From contig JANVYR010000002.1 in NCBI GenBank assembly GCA_030059665.1, forward strand, positions 416,001 through 480,000: 64,000 bases of DNA, given 5' to 3'. Positions 38,483-48,357 of the stretch are shown here, piece by piece. How positions within the stretch are numbered: the first letter of the stretch is position 1; the number at the start of each line of letters is the position of its first letter. The translations under genes and the position numbers were made by a program. The notes beneath the pieces are model-generated. The model had not been told where the DNA came from. It searched no databases and saw only the letters and a list, made by a program, of their open reading frames with translations. The stretch is from Candidatus Calditenuis fumarioli (GTDB lineage: Archaea > Thermoproteota > Nitrososphaeria_A > Caldarchaeales > Calditenuaceae).

Positions 38483-39330
38483 GGGTGACACGGTTATTAG
38501 TTTACGTCGCTGCAGCCGCCCTTGCACTCTTTTACGTATACCCGATAGCGAACATGGTCTTTGAAGGGTTCGACATAGATCTCTCCTCGATCTACGCACC
38601 TGGGTTCAGGTTGATAGGGGGAGTCCCATACTATTCAGGGGGGATAACGCCCTCTTTGACCTATTACATGGACATGTTCAGGGTTCAGGGATTCCAGAGG
38701 CTGATAACCAACAGCTTAGTTATAGGAACGGTCAGCGCACTCATAGCTACCGTTTTAGCACTGCTTTCGTCTTACCAATTGACGTTCGGCTCCAGATTCT
38801 TAGGGAGGAACATGGACTACCTGATGCTCGTCATGAGATCTGCTCCTCCGTTTGTGTACTTACTGCCGTTTCTGATAATAGCGGTGAACGTTGGGTTATG
38901 GGACACCCAAGCTGGTTTGACGCTTGCCTATACATCGCTCAACATACCTCTGGCCTATCTGCTTGTGAGGTCGTTGCTCAGGGACTTCCCTAAAGAACTA
39001 GTAGAGGTCGCGGAGTTGATGGGAGCACCGGCCACCGCCGTCCTAAGAAGGGTCATACTTCCTTTAGCGTTACCGGGGCTCGCAGTGATATGGACTTTCT
39101 TGTTCGTCGTTACTTGGAACGAGTTCCTCCTTGCTAGCATTCTCACAGGACCTGACGCGAGGACCGTAAGCGTGGGCGTTTGGGCGGGCGTTGGCGAACA
39201 AATAGGGACCTTCAGGACCGTTGAATTCGAGGCCCAAGCTGCAGCCGGAACCATAGCGATGATCGTTCCTTTGTTGATAACGCTCTATCTCAGGCGCAGG
39301 TTAGCCAGACTATTTTCGTTACGAGTGTGA
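38479..39330 (+). CDS. carbohydrate ABC permease (MalG-like)
   Basis: 'FPKELVEVAELMGA', 'VTWNEFLLA'. Confidence 0.87.
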   Translation: MRVTRLLVYVAAAALALFYVYPIANMVFEGFDIDLSSIYAPGFRLIGGVPYYSGGITPSLTYYMDMFRVQGFQRLITNSLVIGTVSALIATVLALLSSYQLTFGSRFLGRNMDYLMLVMRSAPPFVYLLPFLIIAVNVGLWDTQAGLTLAYTSLNIPLAYLLVRSLLRDFPKELVEVAELMGAPATAVLRRVILPLALPGLAVIWTFLFVVTWNEFLLASILTGPDARTVSVGVWAGVGEQIGTFRTVEFEAQAAAGTIAMIVPLLITLYLRRRLARLFSLRV

Positions 39331-39358
39331 ACACTGGTGATCTGTTCTCGGGCCAGCT

Positions 39359-39577
39359 TTAGGAAGCTAATCGTATACGCGAAAAATACCAAGCCATCAA
39401 CGTTACCAGACCTGTGAAGACCAAAACCAACGAGAAAAGGTACCACGATCTTATGTCCTGCCTGAAGAATTGGTGAGAAAGGTCCTCCAGCAATATTATT
39501 GCTATATAACCCATGAGGATAAGCGTAAGGGCCGTGAGCATCAACATCCTTGACGACAACCTCCAAAGACCTCTCAT
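39359..39577 (-). CDS. small 2-TM membrane protein
   Basis: Two hydrophobic helices; start overlaps the Kelch gene stop. Confidence 0.5.
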   Translation of the reverse strand: MRGLWRLSSRMLMLTALTLILMGYIAIILLEDLSHQFFRQDIRSWYLFSLVLVFTGLVTLMAWYFSRIRLAS

Positions 39578-40590
39578 TCCAATATTAGAACGTCATTTAC
39601 GTCGCTGACCGTGAGCCCTGGTCTAGGACCGCCGGCGATAACGTAGACTCTGTTACCTACGGTTGCTGCAGCGAGTCCGTGTCTAGGGGTGGGCATGTAT
39701 GTCAACGATGTCCATGATCCCCTGTTCACGTCGTATGCCTCGACCTCACCGAAGGTCCTCGTCTCGCTCTCTCCTCCGAAGACCATAACCATCCCCTTGA
39801 CAGCGACCGCCGCTATACCGCTTCTAGGTGTTGGCATAGGAGGACCCTCACTAAGGACTCCGGTATCTGCGTCATAGATCTCCAGGGTTCCCAGGTTGTT
39901 GATCCTTCCACCTGAGGGTGCCCTGCCGCCCACAACATAGATTCTCTTCCCCATTACGGCTGATGAGAGGTGTTCCCTCGCCACCCTTAGCGAGACACCA
40001 TCCACCACCGACAGTCTTTCGAGATCAACTATGGCGTGATCGTTCACCGCATGCCCCTTTCTGGCGCCACCGAAAATGTGGATCTCATTGCCCAGGACCT
40101 GTGCGGTGGCAGCTGCTATGGGTCTCTTTAGGGTGAGAAACACCTCCCACCCGTCAGACTTGACGCTGTAACGATAGATCCTGTCCTGTGCCGTCCAACC
40201 GTCGTCGTAGCCGCCGATCACGAAGATCTGATCGCCTTGACTTACCATTGCCACGTGATGGAGGGGGGCGGGCATTCTCGCCAGCTCCTTCCACCTAACT
40301 TCTGGGACGTCGAACGCGAAGAAGCGATCGGACGCACGACCTTCAGCGGTAAGTCCCCCCGCTAGATATATGGTCTGTCCGACCACTGTAGCAGCCACCT
40401 CGCTCAGCCTCACCGGCAAGGGAGGACCTGAATCCCACCGCACCGATATGGAGGATGTCCGCTCTGCTAGGGAAATCGCGGTTTGCGATTTCTCACCTGA
40501 AATCAGCTGGAGATATCTGAGACCAAATGCAGACAGTCCCGATAATACCGCCGCTCCTGCCAGCGCTATGAGAGCTCTTCGTCGGTTCAA
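39574..40590 (-). CDS. Kelch-repeat beta-propeller protein with twin-Arg-like N-terminal anchor
   Basis: Repeated 'IY(L/V)(A/V/I)GG', 'VFGG' and 'MPTPR' Kelch motifs; 'MNRRRALIALAG'. Confidence 0.88.
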   Translation of the reverse strand: MNRRRALIALAGAAVLSGLSAFGLRYLQLISGEKSQTAISLAERTSSISVRWDSGPPLPVRLSEVAATVVGQTIYLAGGLTAEGRASDRFFAFDVPEVRWKELARMPAPLHHVAMVSQGDQIFVIGGYDDGWTAQDRIYRYSVKSDGWEVFLTLKRPIAAATAQVLGNEIHIFGGARKGHAVNDHAIVDLERLSVVDGVSLRVAREHLSSAVMGKRIYVVGGRAPSGGRINNLGTLEIYDADTGVLSEGPPMPTPRSGIAAVAVKGMVMVFGGESETRTFGEVEAYDVNRGSWTSLTYMPTPRHGLAAATVGNRVYVIAGGPRPGLTVSDVNDVLILE

Positions 40591-40803
40591 AGCCCCCAGA
40601 ATCTTTCTCTACGCATTACCTTAAAATAATTGCTCGGTTTTGCGGCTTCATTAATCGTGGTACTTCCGGTTCGTGAGCCGGATAAGGGTCTTCCGAGATC
40701 GTCGTTGAAAGAGACACGCATCTTGATATCAAAAAAGGATAAGGGGACCGAGATCGCATAAAAGTCTAAGGTTTTTTTGAGCTCGTTATCCGGTTTGTCT
40801 ACT

Positions 40804-43035
40804 TTACCTCCTCCTTCCCCTGGCAGCTATCGTGGCTGCAGCTATCACAGCTACTACTGCGACGCCTGCAACGGCATAGACCCAAGCAGGTATAACCTCA
40901 ACCTCCCTGACCTGAGTCTGTACCTGAGTGACCACCTGAGTAGCGACTGCGGTCTGGACTACCGTCTGGACTTGAGTCCTGACCTGAGTCTGGACCACTG
41001 TCCTCTCCTGGACTACCGTTCTCTCTGCTATGACATCAGGAAGGCCTAGGACCACCACGTAGCCTGACAGCGCGTGAGGCCCCCAAGTTCCCGGGATCGC
41101 GTTTGATACTGGAACTATTATTCTAATTTTTCCGTCGGCTGTGGCAGCGATGCTCGGTTGTGTCATCATCGGGCCTCCCACAATCACCTTCTTTAGTTCC
41201 GCTCCGGTGTCAGCGTCGTATATGCGGAGGGTGCCATCGTTGAACGTCGCGAAGACTAATCCATTCGAGACCGATAGTCCTCCTCTATACGGTACGTCTG
41301 GCACGAAGGTGTTCCACACGATCCTCCCGGTGTTCACGTCTATGGCATAGATCGTTGTGTTCGTGGGTTGCGATGGGAGCGTCTCAAAGCTAATTCCCCA
41401 TCCCGCAGGCCACGCTGTTCCTGGGCCGACGTTCTGTATAGCGAATGCTGCGGGCATGTTGTAAACTGCTACGAATAACCTGTTTCGTTGGGGATCGTAC
41501 GCAGGATCGCTCTCCAGCGCGCCAGTTGCAGGCGGGTTCTGATAGAAAGGTTTGTGATTCTTAATGTATTCGTACTCCTGTCCAGTGGTCCACTCTCCCT
41601 GCCATCTCCAGTTCATGTCTTTCGGGTCGAGCGGGTTCTGCCACTTCACGTACTTCGACCACTTTATCCCATACCTTGGATCACCTCCGTACTTCGCCGG
41701 CTCCATAGCCTTGAACACCCATAGTAGGTGACCGTCGTCGGGATCTAGCGCGAAAACCAGCCCGCTCTTGCACCCTTTGATCACAGCATCACGTCTCTGT
41801 CCGCCTATCATGGCGTTCTTGACCAGCAAGACGCTCCACGCGCAGTCCCAGTCCCAAAGATCGTGAGGCAACGATTGAACTCCCCATATCAGTTTTCCAG
41901 TCTCGACGTCCAGCGCTAAAATGGAATCGCTCCACAAGTTCGGGCCTGGCCTGAACGTTGCGTTCCAGTCTGGAGCGGGTTGATTAGTTCCCACGTACGC
42001 TATTCCCCTGTCCTCGTCCACAGCGTAAGCTCCTCCCCAACCCGCACCGGCTCCAGCATAGCTGACCTTCTCGTTCGGATACCGCTGAACGAACCTAGCA
42101 AATCCCCAGTCGTCGTAGAGGAGCTGTCTCTTCTGGTCAGGTGGTAGGGTCTTGAGGTTGATCAGCTGATCGCGGGCACCGTCGAATATCCATGCTCCTT
42201 TCATCTGGTCAACCAACTTCAAAGTCCACTCAGGGTCACTGCCGTCCTGGGGTGGGACCGTGAAAGTCCTCCAGATGATCTGGGGATTGCCGCGTCCCTC
42301 AAGCCACGGCTTCAAGTCCACGCCAACGAAGAAGCCACGACCTGCGCCCTGGTCCTCGGGCGTAGAAACACCGATTATCATAATCTTCCTCTTGGTATCA
42401 ACTACAAAGCTCGGAGTGGAGATGTCGTATACACCTCTGTTCCCAGGCACGTTGGCTAAGTAGTCGACAGTGAATATGGGCCACCGTAGCTTTATGTCAC
42501 CCGTGAGAGGATCGATGACAACGAGATAGTAGTAGTTCGTAATTATGAAGAGGTAAGGTCTGCCGTCGAGTTCGTAGATGTGTATCTGATGGAAGTGCCC
42601 CTTGAAGAACGGCTCCCACAGCGGCGGTTTACCAGCGGCCATCTGATCGACGAATTCCTTCGGTGGAGGAAGGTCCTTGAACCAGAGAGTCTTTCCAGAC
42701 GCTAGGTCCAACGCGTAAACCCTGTGCCAGTTCGTGACGAAGTACACCACTCCTTTGTAAACAAGCGGTGTGTGTATGACTCCCTCGGACCCAGCGAAGA
42801 ACGGATCACCCAGCGATGCGGGCGGTACCGGAAATACCCACTTCACCTCCAAGAACTTCACGTTCTCCTTGTCGATCTGAGTCTGCGGGCTCCAGTTCCA
42901 GTTCCCAGGGACTCCGTTGTACCTCGCCCAGTCCAGTGCCTGCTGCTGCGCCAAGGCCACCGAAGAGGTGATCAGCATAGCCAGCACGGAGACGACGGCC
43001 AGGCTCAATCCGAGCAGCCCCGATTTCCTTTCCAT
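40804..43035 (-). CDS. PQQ-dehydrogenase-like beta-propeller protein #5 (inverted partner of #3)
   Basis: Identical N-terminus, central block and C-terminus to #3; 'LPHDLWDWDC'. Confidence 0.88.
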   Translation of the reverse strand: MERKSGLLGLSLAVVSVLAMLITSSVALAQQQALDWARYNGVPGNWNWSPQTQIDKENVKFLEVKWVFPVPPASLGDPFFAGSEGVIHTPLVYKGVVYFVTNWHRVYALDLASGKTLWFKDLPPPKEFVDQMAAGKPPLWEPFFKGHFHQIHIYELDGRPYLFIITNYYYLVVIDPLTGDIKLRWPIFTVDYLANVPGNRGVYDISTPSFVVDTKRKIMIIGVSTPEDQGAGRGFFVGVDLKPWLEGRGNPQIIWRTFTVPPQDGSDPEWTLKLVDQMKGAWIFDGARDQLINLKTLPPDQKRQLLYDDWGFARFVQRYPNEKVSYAGAGAGWGGAYAVDEDRGIAYVGTNQPAPDWNATFRPGPNLWSDSILALDVETGKLIWGVQSLPHDLWDWDCAWSVLLVKNAMIGGQRRDAVIKGCKSGLVFALDPDDGHLLWVFKAMEPAKYGGDPRYGIKWSKYVKWQNPLDPKDMNWRWQGEWTTGQEYEYIKNHKPFYQNPPATGALESDPAYDPQRNRLFVAVYNMPAAFAIQNVGPGTAWPAGWGISFETLPSQPTNTTIYAIDVNTGRIVWNTFVPDVPYRGGLSVSNGLVFATFNDGTLRIYDADTGAELKKVIVGGPMMTQPSIAATADGKIRIIVPVSNAIPGTWGPHALSGYVVVLGLPDVIAERTVVQERTVVQTQVRTQVQTVVQTAVATQVVTQVQTQVREVEVIPAWVYAVAGVAVVAVIAAATIAARGRRR

Positions 43036-43155
43036 AGCGTAGAGGTGAAGTAAGAGGTCAATAGATAAGGATTTCCGATGGGAACTTAAATGGAATGTAG
43101 TGAACGTAGGGGTCCGCTGCCGCGGGCATCAAAGGACTTTAGATCTGCAGGGAAC

Positions 43156-44253
43156 TCATTTCCTAACCAGCGAGCACAGGGCCGGGTCGATCCTCACGCA
43201 TACCCTGGACCCCGTGGCGACGTTCACCCTAGATGGGAGTGAAACCCTGAGGATCACGCCGCTCACTTCCACCGAAAGCTCCCACCTGTCGCCGAGGAAC
43301 TTCTTCTCGCGCACCGTCCCGGCGAACGCGTTGGTGGTGCCGCTACAAGTTCCCGTGAGGTCCAGGTCGACAGACTCCGACCGAAAGACCACATAGACCT
43401 TTCCGTGGTCCAACGTCGGATCGCGAGATTCAACGACTATCTTGCCGATCCGCGTATCAACCGTGCCGTCGGGAAGCAGCTCACCCTCCAGCACGTTCGC
43501 AGAGCCCAGGAATTCGGCCCCGAACTTGGTCCTGGGCCTGAAGTAGGTCTGGACCGGATCTCCCACCTCGAGCAGCTCACCCTCGCTCATCAGACCTATG
43601 CGGTCCGACATCACGAAGGCCTCCAGCTGGTCGTGGGTCACGTAGACTGTGGCGATGTTCATCGATCTCAGGAGGTGCCTCAACTCGTCCCTCAGCTCCT
43701 CTCTGACCTTGGCGTCCAAGTTGCTGAGCGGTTCATCGAGCAACAGCACCTTAGGTTCCGAGACGATGGCCCTTGCGAGCGCCACCCTCTGTTGCTGTCC
43801 ACCGCTGAGCCTTGTGGCAGGCCTGTCCTCCAGCCCGTCTAGCTTGACCAGCGACAGAGCCCATCTCACCCTCCTCACCAGCTCGTCCTTAGGCACCCCC
43901 TTTGCCCGGAGGGGATACGCCACGTTCTCGAAGACGCTCATGTGGGGCCAGACGGAGTAGTTCTGGAAGACCATGCCTATCCCCCTTTTCTCAGGCGAAA
44001 CGGAGATCGATCTCGTTTTCGAGAAGACCGTTACGCCTCCGATCTCTACCTCGCCCTCGTCTGGGTCCTCGAGTCCCGCTATGCACCTCAGCGTGGTCGT
44101 CTTCCCGCATCCACTGGGCCCGAGCAGCGTGAAGACCTCACCCTCCCGTACTTCGAAGTCCATTTCCCTGATGGCTTCAACCACCTGAACCAGTCTCCCC
44201 GACTTGACCCTGAAAGTCTTCCTGAGACCCTGGACCCTCAGGGCTACACACAT
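43156..44253 (-). CDS. ABC ATP-binding protein (PotA/FbpC-like), no adjacent permease
   Basis: 'GPSGCGKTT', 'LSGGQQQRVALARA', 'DEPLSNLDAK', 'VTHDQ'. Confidence 0.9.
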   Translation of the reverse strand: MCVALRVQGLRKTFRVKSGRLVQVVEAIREMDFEVREGEVFTLLGPSGCGKTTTLRCIAGLEDPDEGEVEIGGVTVFSKTRSISVSPEKRGIGMVFQNYSVWPHMSVFENVAYPLRAKGVPKDELVRRVRWALSLVKLDGLEDRPATRLSGGQQQRVALARAIVSEPKVLLLDEPLSNLDAKVREELRDELRHLLRSMNIATVYVTHDQLEAFVMSDRIGLMSEGELLEVGDPVQTYFRPRTKFGAEFLGSANVLEGELLPDGTVDTRIGKIVVESRDPTLDHGKVYVVFRSESVDLDLTGTCSGTTNAFAGTVREKKFLGDRWELSVEVSGVILRVSLPSRVNVATGSRVCVRIDPALCSLVRK

Positions 44254-44393
44254 GGCGCACCATCACCGCGCAGGATTCCCGGCCCTAAAATCTGTTCGCC
44301 GGTCGTCTCTTGATTTTCGGGACTACAGAGCTGTTAATCGCGAATATTTAAATAGGGATGAGCGCCTTTGCGTGCGAGATGGCACCAGACCGC

Positions 44394-45254
44394 ATGGCTG
44401 GGATCGCACGGACCCTCTTGGTCGGAATAGTCGTGGCGGTCATCGTGGTGGCAGCGGCCGGTTACATTTTAGCTGCGCGAACGCCACCTTCAGGTCCTGC
44501 AACGACCGTCACCCGCTCTCCAACCCAACAGACCACTACGTTTGCCACCCAGCCTGGAACCGTCACTGAAGTCACTAGAACTCGGACCGAGACTACCGTG
44601 ACGACCACCACAACGGTCCAGACTTCGCCCGCCGTGACGACGACCCAGACTACGCCAGCCGCCAATCTGCCCACAGAGCAGCAGCTAAGGACCTTCTTCA
44701 ACAACTACGTAGCTGACGTCCAGCGTCGGGACGTGTTGGCTATCATCGACAAGTACAGTCAGGACGCTGTGGCTTACTGGACTGGACAGGCTGCGGGTCT
44801 GAAGGGGACATACAAGGGACAGGGAAACATCAGGATACTGTACATAGCTGCACTGGGAACGGCGAAGACCATCACGCTTAAGGAGGAAAGCTTCACCACG
44901 AGGTATGAGGGCGACGTTGCCGTGATAGAAAGCGTTCAAGCGATCAGCGGCAATTCTGATGTGCTGGGCAACTTCGATGGACGTGTGAAGATCACGCTGA
45001 AGGTGAAGCTGCTGGGCGGTCAGCTTAAGATAGTTGAGGAGACTTGGGATTACCTGACCTTCAATTACGAGAAGACCGGGGGAGCCACCACGTTCCCGCA
45101 GTGGGCCGACATCAAGGCTGGCAGGCCGGTGGCGCTGGAGCCGACGAAGGACTTCAAGGACCTAGTCTGGGCGGTCAGCAGCTTCTTCGCCTATGGGCTC
45201 TTCGCCTTCGCCGCGGTTACAGCGGTCATCGCCATCAGAAGGTTCGTTCGGTAA
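44394..45254 (+). CDS. NTF2/SnoaL-like protein with Thr-rich linker and two TM anchors
   Basis: Shares 'GTYxGxGxIR', 'ExWxYxxFNxE' and 'TTFPQW' with 24106-24834. Confidence 0.7.
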   Translation: MAGIARTLLVGIVVAVIVVAAAGYILAARTPPSGPATTVTRSPTQQTTTFATQPGTVTEVTRTRTETTVTTTTTVQTSPAVTTTQTTPAANLPTEQQLRTFFNNYVADVQRRDVLAIIDKYSQDAVAYWTGQAAGLKGTYKGQGNIRILYIAALGTAKTITLKEESFTTRYEGDVAVIESVQAISGNSDVLGNFDGRVKITLKVKLLGGQLKIVEETWDYLTFNYEKTGGATTFPQWADIKAGRPVALEPTKDFKDLVWAVSSFFAYGLFAFAAVTAVIAIRRFVR

Positions 45255-45265
45255 GGGTGTGTTTC

Positions 45266-45778
45266 ATGGACGTACTGAAGATCTCTAAAATCTACTTCGC
45301 TCTTGGATTGCTAAACGGAGTTTTGGCTGCGGTGGCCACAGCCCTCATCCTGATACCTGAGCTGCGTCTGGCCGCTGGACCTGGCTCGATACTGACCCAT
45401 AACGTGGACGTCTGGCCCGGCGCCTGGGGTTGGGTATCGTACTTCGTGCTGCTGATCGCTGGCGTGGGTGGAGCTTTCCTTTGGTCGCTGAGCTACTACC
45501 TCCTCAGGCAGCTGTTCAACGTCGAGGGCGCCAACGCGCTCCTGTCGATCCTGTCCATGGCCCTTTACGAGATAGGGGTTCTGGGAACCGTCGGTCTCAC
45601 GGGCTACGTCGGGATCGAGGGAGGGAGGTTCGTGGCTGACGGCGGCTCCGCGATGGTGGTCACAGCGCTGATAGGGTGGGTCGTGATTCCCACCGGGCTC
45701 TCCGTAGGCGCCGCGGTGCTCGGCACCCTCCTCGGCATATTGAACCTGATAGCATCGGTTGTGCGCAGGAGACGATGA
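45266..45778 (+). CDS. 4-TM membrane protein (family of the 26000 gene)
   Basis: 'WPGAWGWVSYFVLLIAGVGGAFLWSLSYY'; ATG at 45266. Confidence 0.75.
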   Translation: MDVLKISKIYFALGLLNGVLAAVATALILIPELRLAAGPGSILTHNVDVWPGAWGWVSYFVLLIAGVGGAFLWSLSYYLLRQLFNVEGANALLSILSMALYEIGVLGTVGLTGYVGIEGGRFVADGGSAMVVTALIGWVVIPTGLSVGAAVLGTLLGILNLIASVVRRRR

Positions 45779-46290
45779 ATAAGCGGGGGTCTACACTCAT
45801 TGACCCACTCGTAGCTTCCAAGTACTTCCTGATCAACACGCTGATTAACGTGATTGCCTCAGCCCTAGTTGCAGCACCGGTCCTCGTAGCACCGCTCGCG
45901 CTACCGTTGAAACTCACCGTCTGGCCCGGGACCTGGATGTTCGTGGCCTATGCAGTCTTCGTAGGGTTCGGGACCATTGGGGCCCTCTGCTGGTCAGTCA
46001 TCTATTACCTGGCGAAGGTCGTGCTGGGAGTCAGCGCGCTTCGCAGGCGGCTGGTCGTCACGCACCTGCTGACGCACAACGCAGCAGCTTACGGTATAGG
46101 AGCGCTCATGGGATATGCTGTCGGGTACGTGGGCGGAACGGCTGCGATGCTCGGGTTCGGCCAGGCGGTGATAACGGCATTAGTCAGCTGGGCCGTGATC
46201 CCCATAGGTCTCATGGTCTTCATAGGGCTTCTGTCGGCGCTGCTCGGCGTATTCGCGTTGGTGGACGGAGCAGGGAGGTCTGAGGGTTGA
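45775..46290 (+). CDS. 4-TM membrane protein (tandem paralogue)
   Basis: 'WPGTWMFVAYAVFVGFGTIGALCWSVIYY'; ATGA overlap with the upstream copy. Confidence 0.75.
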   Translation: MNKRGSTLIDPLVASKYFLINTLINVIASALVAAPVLVAPLALPLKLTVWPGTWMFVAYAVFVGFGTIGALCWSVIYYLAKVVLGVSALRRRLVVTHLLTHNAAAYGIGALMGYAVGYVGGTAAMLGFGQAVITALVSWAVIPIGLMVFIGLLSALLGVFALVDGAGRSEG

Positions 46291-47747
46291 ACTTCAGGCT
46301 CAGCAGGAGGAGGTTCCTGACCGTCACTCTCTCCGCCGCTGCGACGGCGGCTCTTGGGATTTACTTCTTGACCAGCAACAGGAGCGGTAAGGGCTCCGAG
46401 AGGAGATCTGTTAGGGACCTGCTCGCGTCGCTGGGCAGGAGCGACCTCAATCCGCGCTACCTGGCCTTCCTGGAATGGTTGGCGGAGGTCTCTCCCCCCA
46501 TAGCGGGCTCGAGAACTTACGTGGCCTTGATGGCGGAGAGCACAGGGCTCGCCCTTCAGAGGATAGAGCGGGACTTCTACTACGCCTCAGGCGTGGACTC
46601 CAAACTGGACGTTTCCCCTTATCCGGTCCACGTGACGAAGACCCTCTCCGCGCTGAGCGTTGGAACTGCAATCCACGACCTGGTGGCAGTCGAGTCCTTC
46701 GATCTGGCCCTTTACAGACCCTACCTGACCGAGGTGGGAGGCCTTCCTGAGAGGTACAAGGATTACACCTACGATGGGTTCAGACTCGACGATTTCATCG
46801 GACCCTCCCTCGAACTGGTATGCTACTACCCTCCAGTTGGACCCAGGGAGAACAGGGTGCCGGTCCTCCTTCCCCTCAGCGCACCCACCATGATCCGCTT
46901 CTACAGGGCAGACCTCTACGAGAGGCTCGGAAGACCTCCCGGGAGGACATGGGACGAGCACCTCGAGGACCTCAGGGACCTCCACAACCCGACAGGCGGG
47001 ACCTTCGCGACGGCCATGCAGTTGGGGAGCGATGTCGGTGCCGTGACCGAGTTCAACAACCTGGTGTTCAGCTACGGCGGCAGGCTCTTCGAGGTCGGTG
47101 AAAGGGAGGTCGTACCAGTCATGGACAGCTCCGAGGTGGTCGAGGCCCTAGAGGTGTACTCGCGGATGAGGCCCTTCGCCGACCCGGCCTCGATATCGTA
47201 CGACTGGGACGCAGTCGCGAACGCGATGAGGAGGGGAAGGATAGCGACCGCCATCCTTTGGCAGGACTTCGCGTGGATGATGGACGACCCCGAGAGGTCG
47301 ACGGTGGTAGGCAAGGTGAGATACCTGAGGAACCCCGCGGGCCCCTCGGGAAGCTTCCATCAGTTCGTCGGCGACGGTCTGGGACTCACCAGGAACTCCA
47401 GGAACCGACTGGCCGCCTGGCTATGGCTCCAGTGGGCTACGGAGGTCGGCACCAGGATCGAGCTGATGCTGGATAAAAGGTCGCTCTCCATCCCCGTCAG
47501 AAGATCCGCCTTCGACGACGATTCCGTAAAGGCTAACATCGGACGGCGCGAATACGAGTCCGTTAAGGTGGTGAAGGAGGTGCTGGACTCGGGCGAGGTC
47601 GCCTACGTGCCTCCCACGATCAAGGCTAACCAGGTGATGTTCGTTTTGGCGAGGCACATCCGTAGCGCTTGGGCTGGCAGAGACCCCAGAACTGTGGCGA
47701 AGGAAATGAAGGAGGAGGTCGAGGCCCTTGGGCCGTTCACTTACTAG
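46287..47747 (+). CDS. sugar-type ABC substrate-binding protein with Tat-like signal
   Basis: 'LSRRRFLTV', 'FYRADLYERLG', 'AAWLWLQW' fit an SBP family 1 pattern. Confidence 0.82.
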   Translation: MNFRLSRRRFLTVTLSAAATAALGIYFLTSNRSGKGSERRSVRDLLASLGRSDLNPRYLAFLEWLAEVSPPIAGSRTYVALMAESTGLALQRIERDFYYASGVDSKLDVSPYPVHVTKTLSALSVGTAIHDLVAVESFDLALYRPYLTEVGGLPERYKDYTYDGFRLDDFIGPSLELVCYYPPVGPRENRVPVLLPLSAPTMIRFYRADLYERLGRPPGRTWDEHLEDLRDLHNPTGGTFATAMQLGSDVGAVTEFNNLVFSYGGRLFEVGEREVVPVMDSSEVVEALEVYSRMRPFADPASISYDWDAVANAMRRGRIATAILWQDFAWMMDDPERSTVVGKVRYLRNPAGPSGSFHQFVGDGLGLTRNSRNRLAAWLWLQWATEVGTRIELMLDKRSLSIPVRRSAFDDDSVKANIGRREYESVKVVKEVLDSGEVAYVPPTIKANQVMFVLARHIRSAWAGRDPRTVAKEMKEEVEALGPFTY

Positions 47748-48357
47748 ACTAACAGTCTTCCTTTTGGTCCCAGTCCTCGTCGCTGCAGGATCTAACGAGA
47801 TAGTTAACACGGTTAAGATTCAACTGGTGGACGCCATAGGGAGGAGCGAGTACTCGCTCACCGTCGAGATGCCGGATGAGGTACGTAGGGGCTCCCCCAT
47901 CAACCTGACCTTCACGCTGGTTCTGGAAAAGCTACCTCCGTTGAAGCACTATTCAGGCTACATATCCCTCACGTTCACGCTCATCTCGCCTGACGGCAGG
48001 ACGCTCGCCAGGCGCACCGTGACCACCAGGGATGATGCGTACAAGGTGGATTACGTCTATCCCGGCTACAGATGGGGGCCGTTCACGACGTCCATCATGC
48101 CAGATTATTCGATAGCCGCATCTGACTCAATAAGAGTCGTGGTGACGTTGGAGTCCGAGGAGTACGCGGAGGACCCACTCGGCATCCCAGTCATACCCAC
48201 CAGACCGACCCCGGCCGTGGTGGAGATCGGCACCGTGAGGGTCTCAAGCGACCACTGGTCCTACGTGACTCCACTGCTGCTCCTTTCAGTGGCGTTGCTC
48301 CTCGTATCTTGGACGGCTTTCCTTCTAAGGAGGAGATACAGGAAACTTCGCGCGTGA
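47728..48357 (+). CDS. hypothetical exported, C-terminally anchored beta-rich protein
   Basis: Signal-like N-terminus, alternating beta-strand pattern, C-terminal TM plus 'RRRYRK'. Confidence 0.55.
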   Translation: MGRSLTRLTVFLLVPVLVAAGSNEIVNTVKIQLVDAIGRSEYSLTVEMPDEVRRGSPINLTFTLVLEKLPPLKHYSGYISLTFTLISPDGRTLARRTVTTRDDAYKVDYVYPGYRWGPFTTSIMPDYSIAASDSIRVVVTLESEEYAEDPLGIPVIPTRPTPAVVEIGTVRVSSDHWSYVTPLLLLSVALLLVSWTAFLLRRRYRKLRA

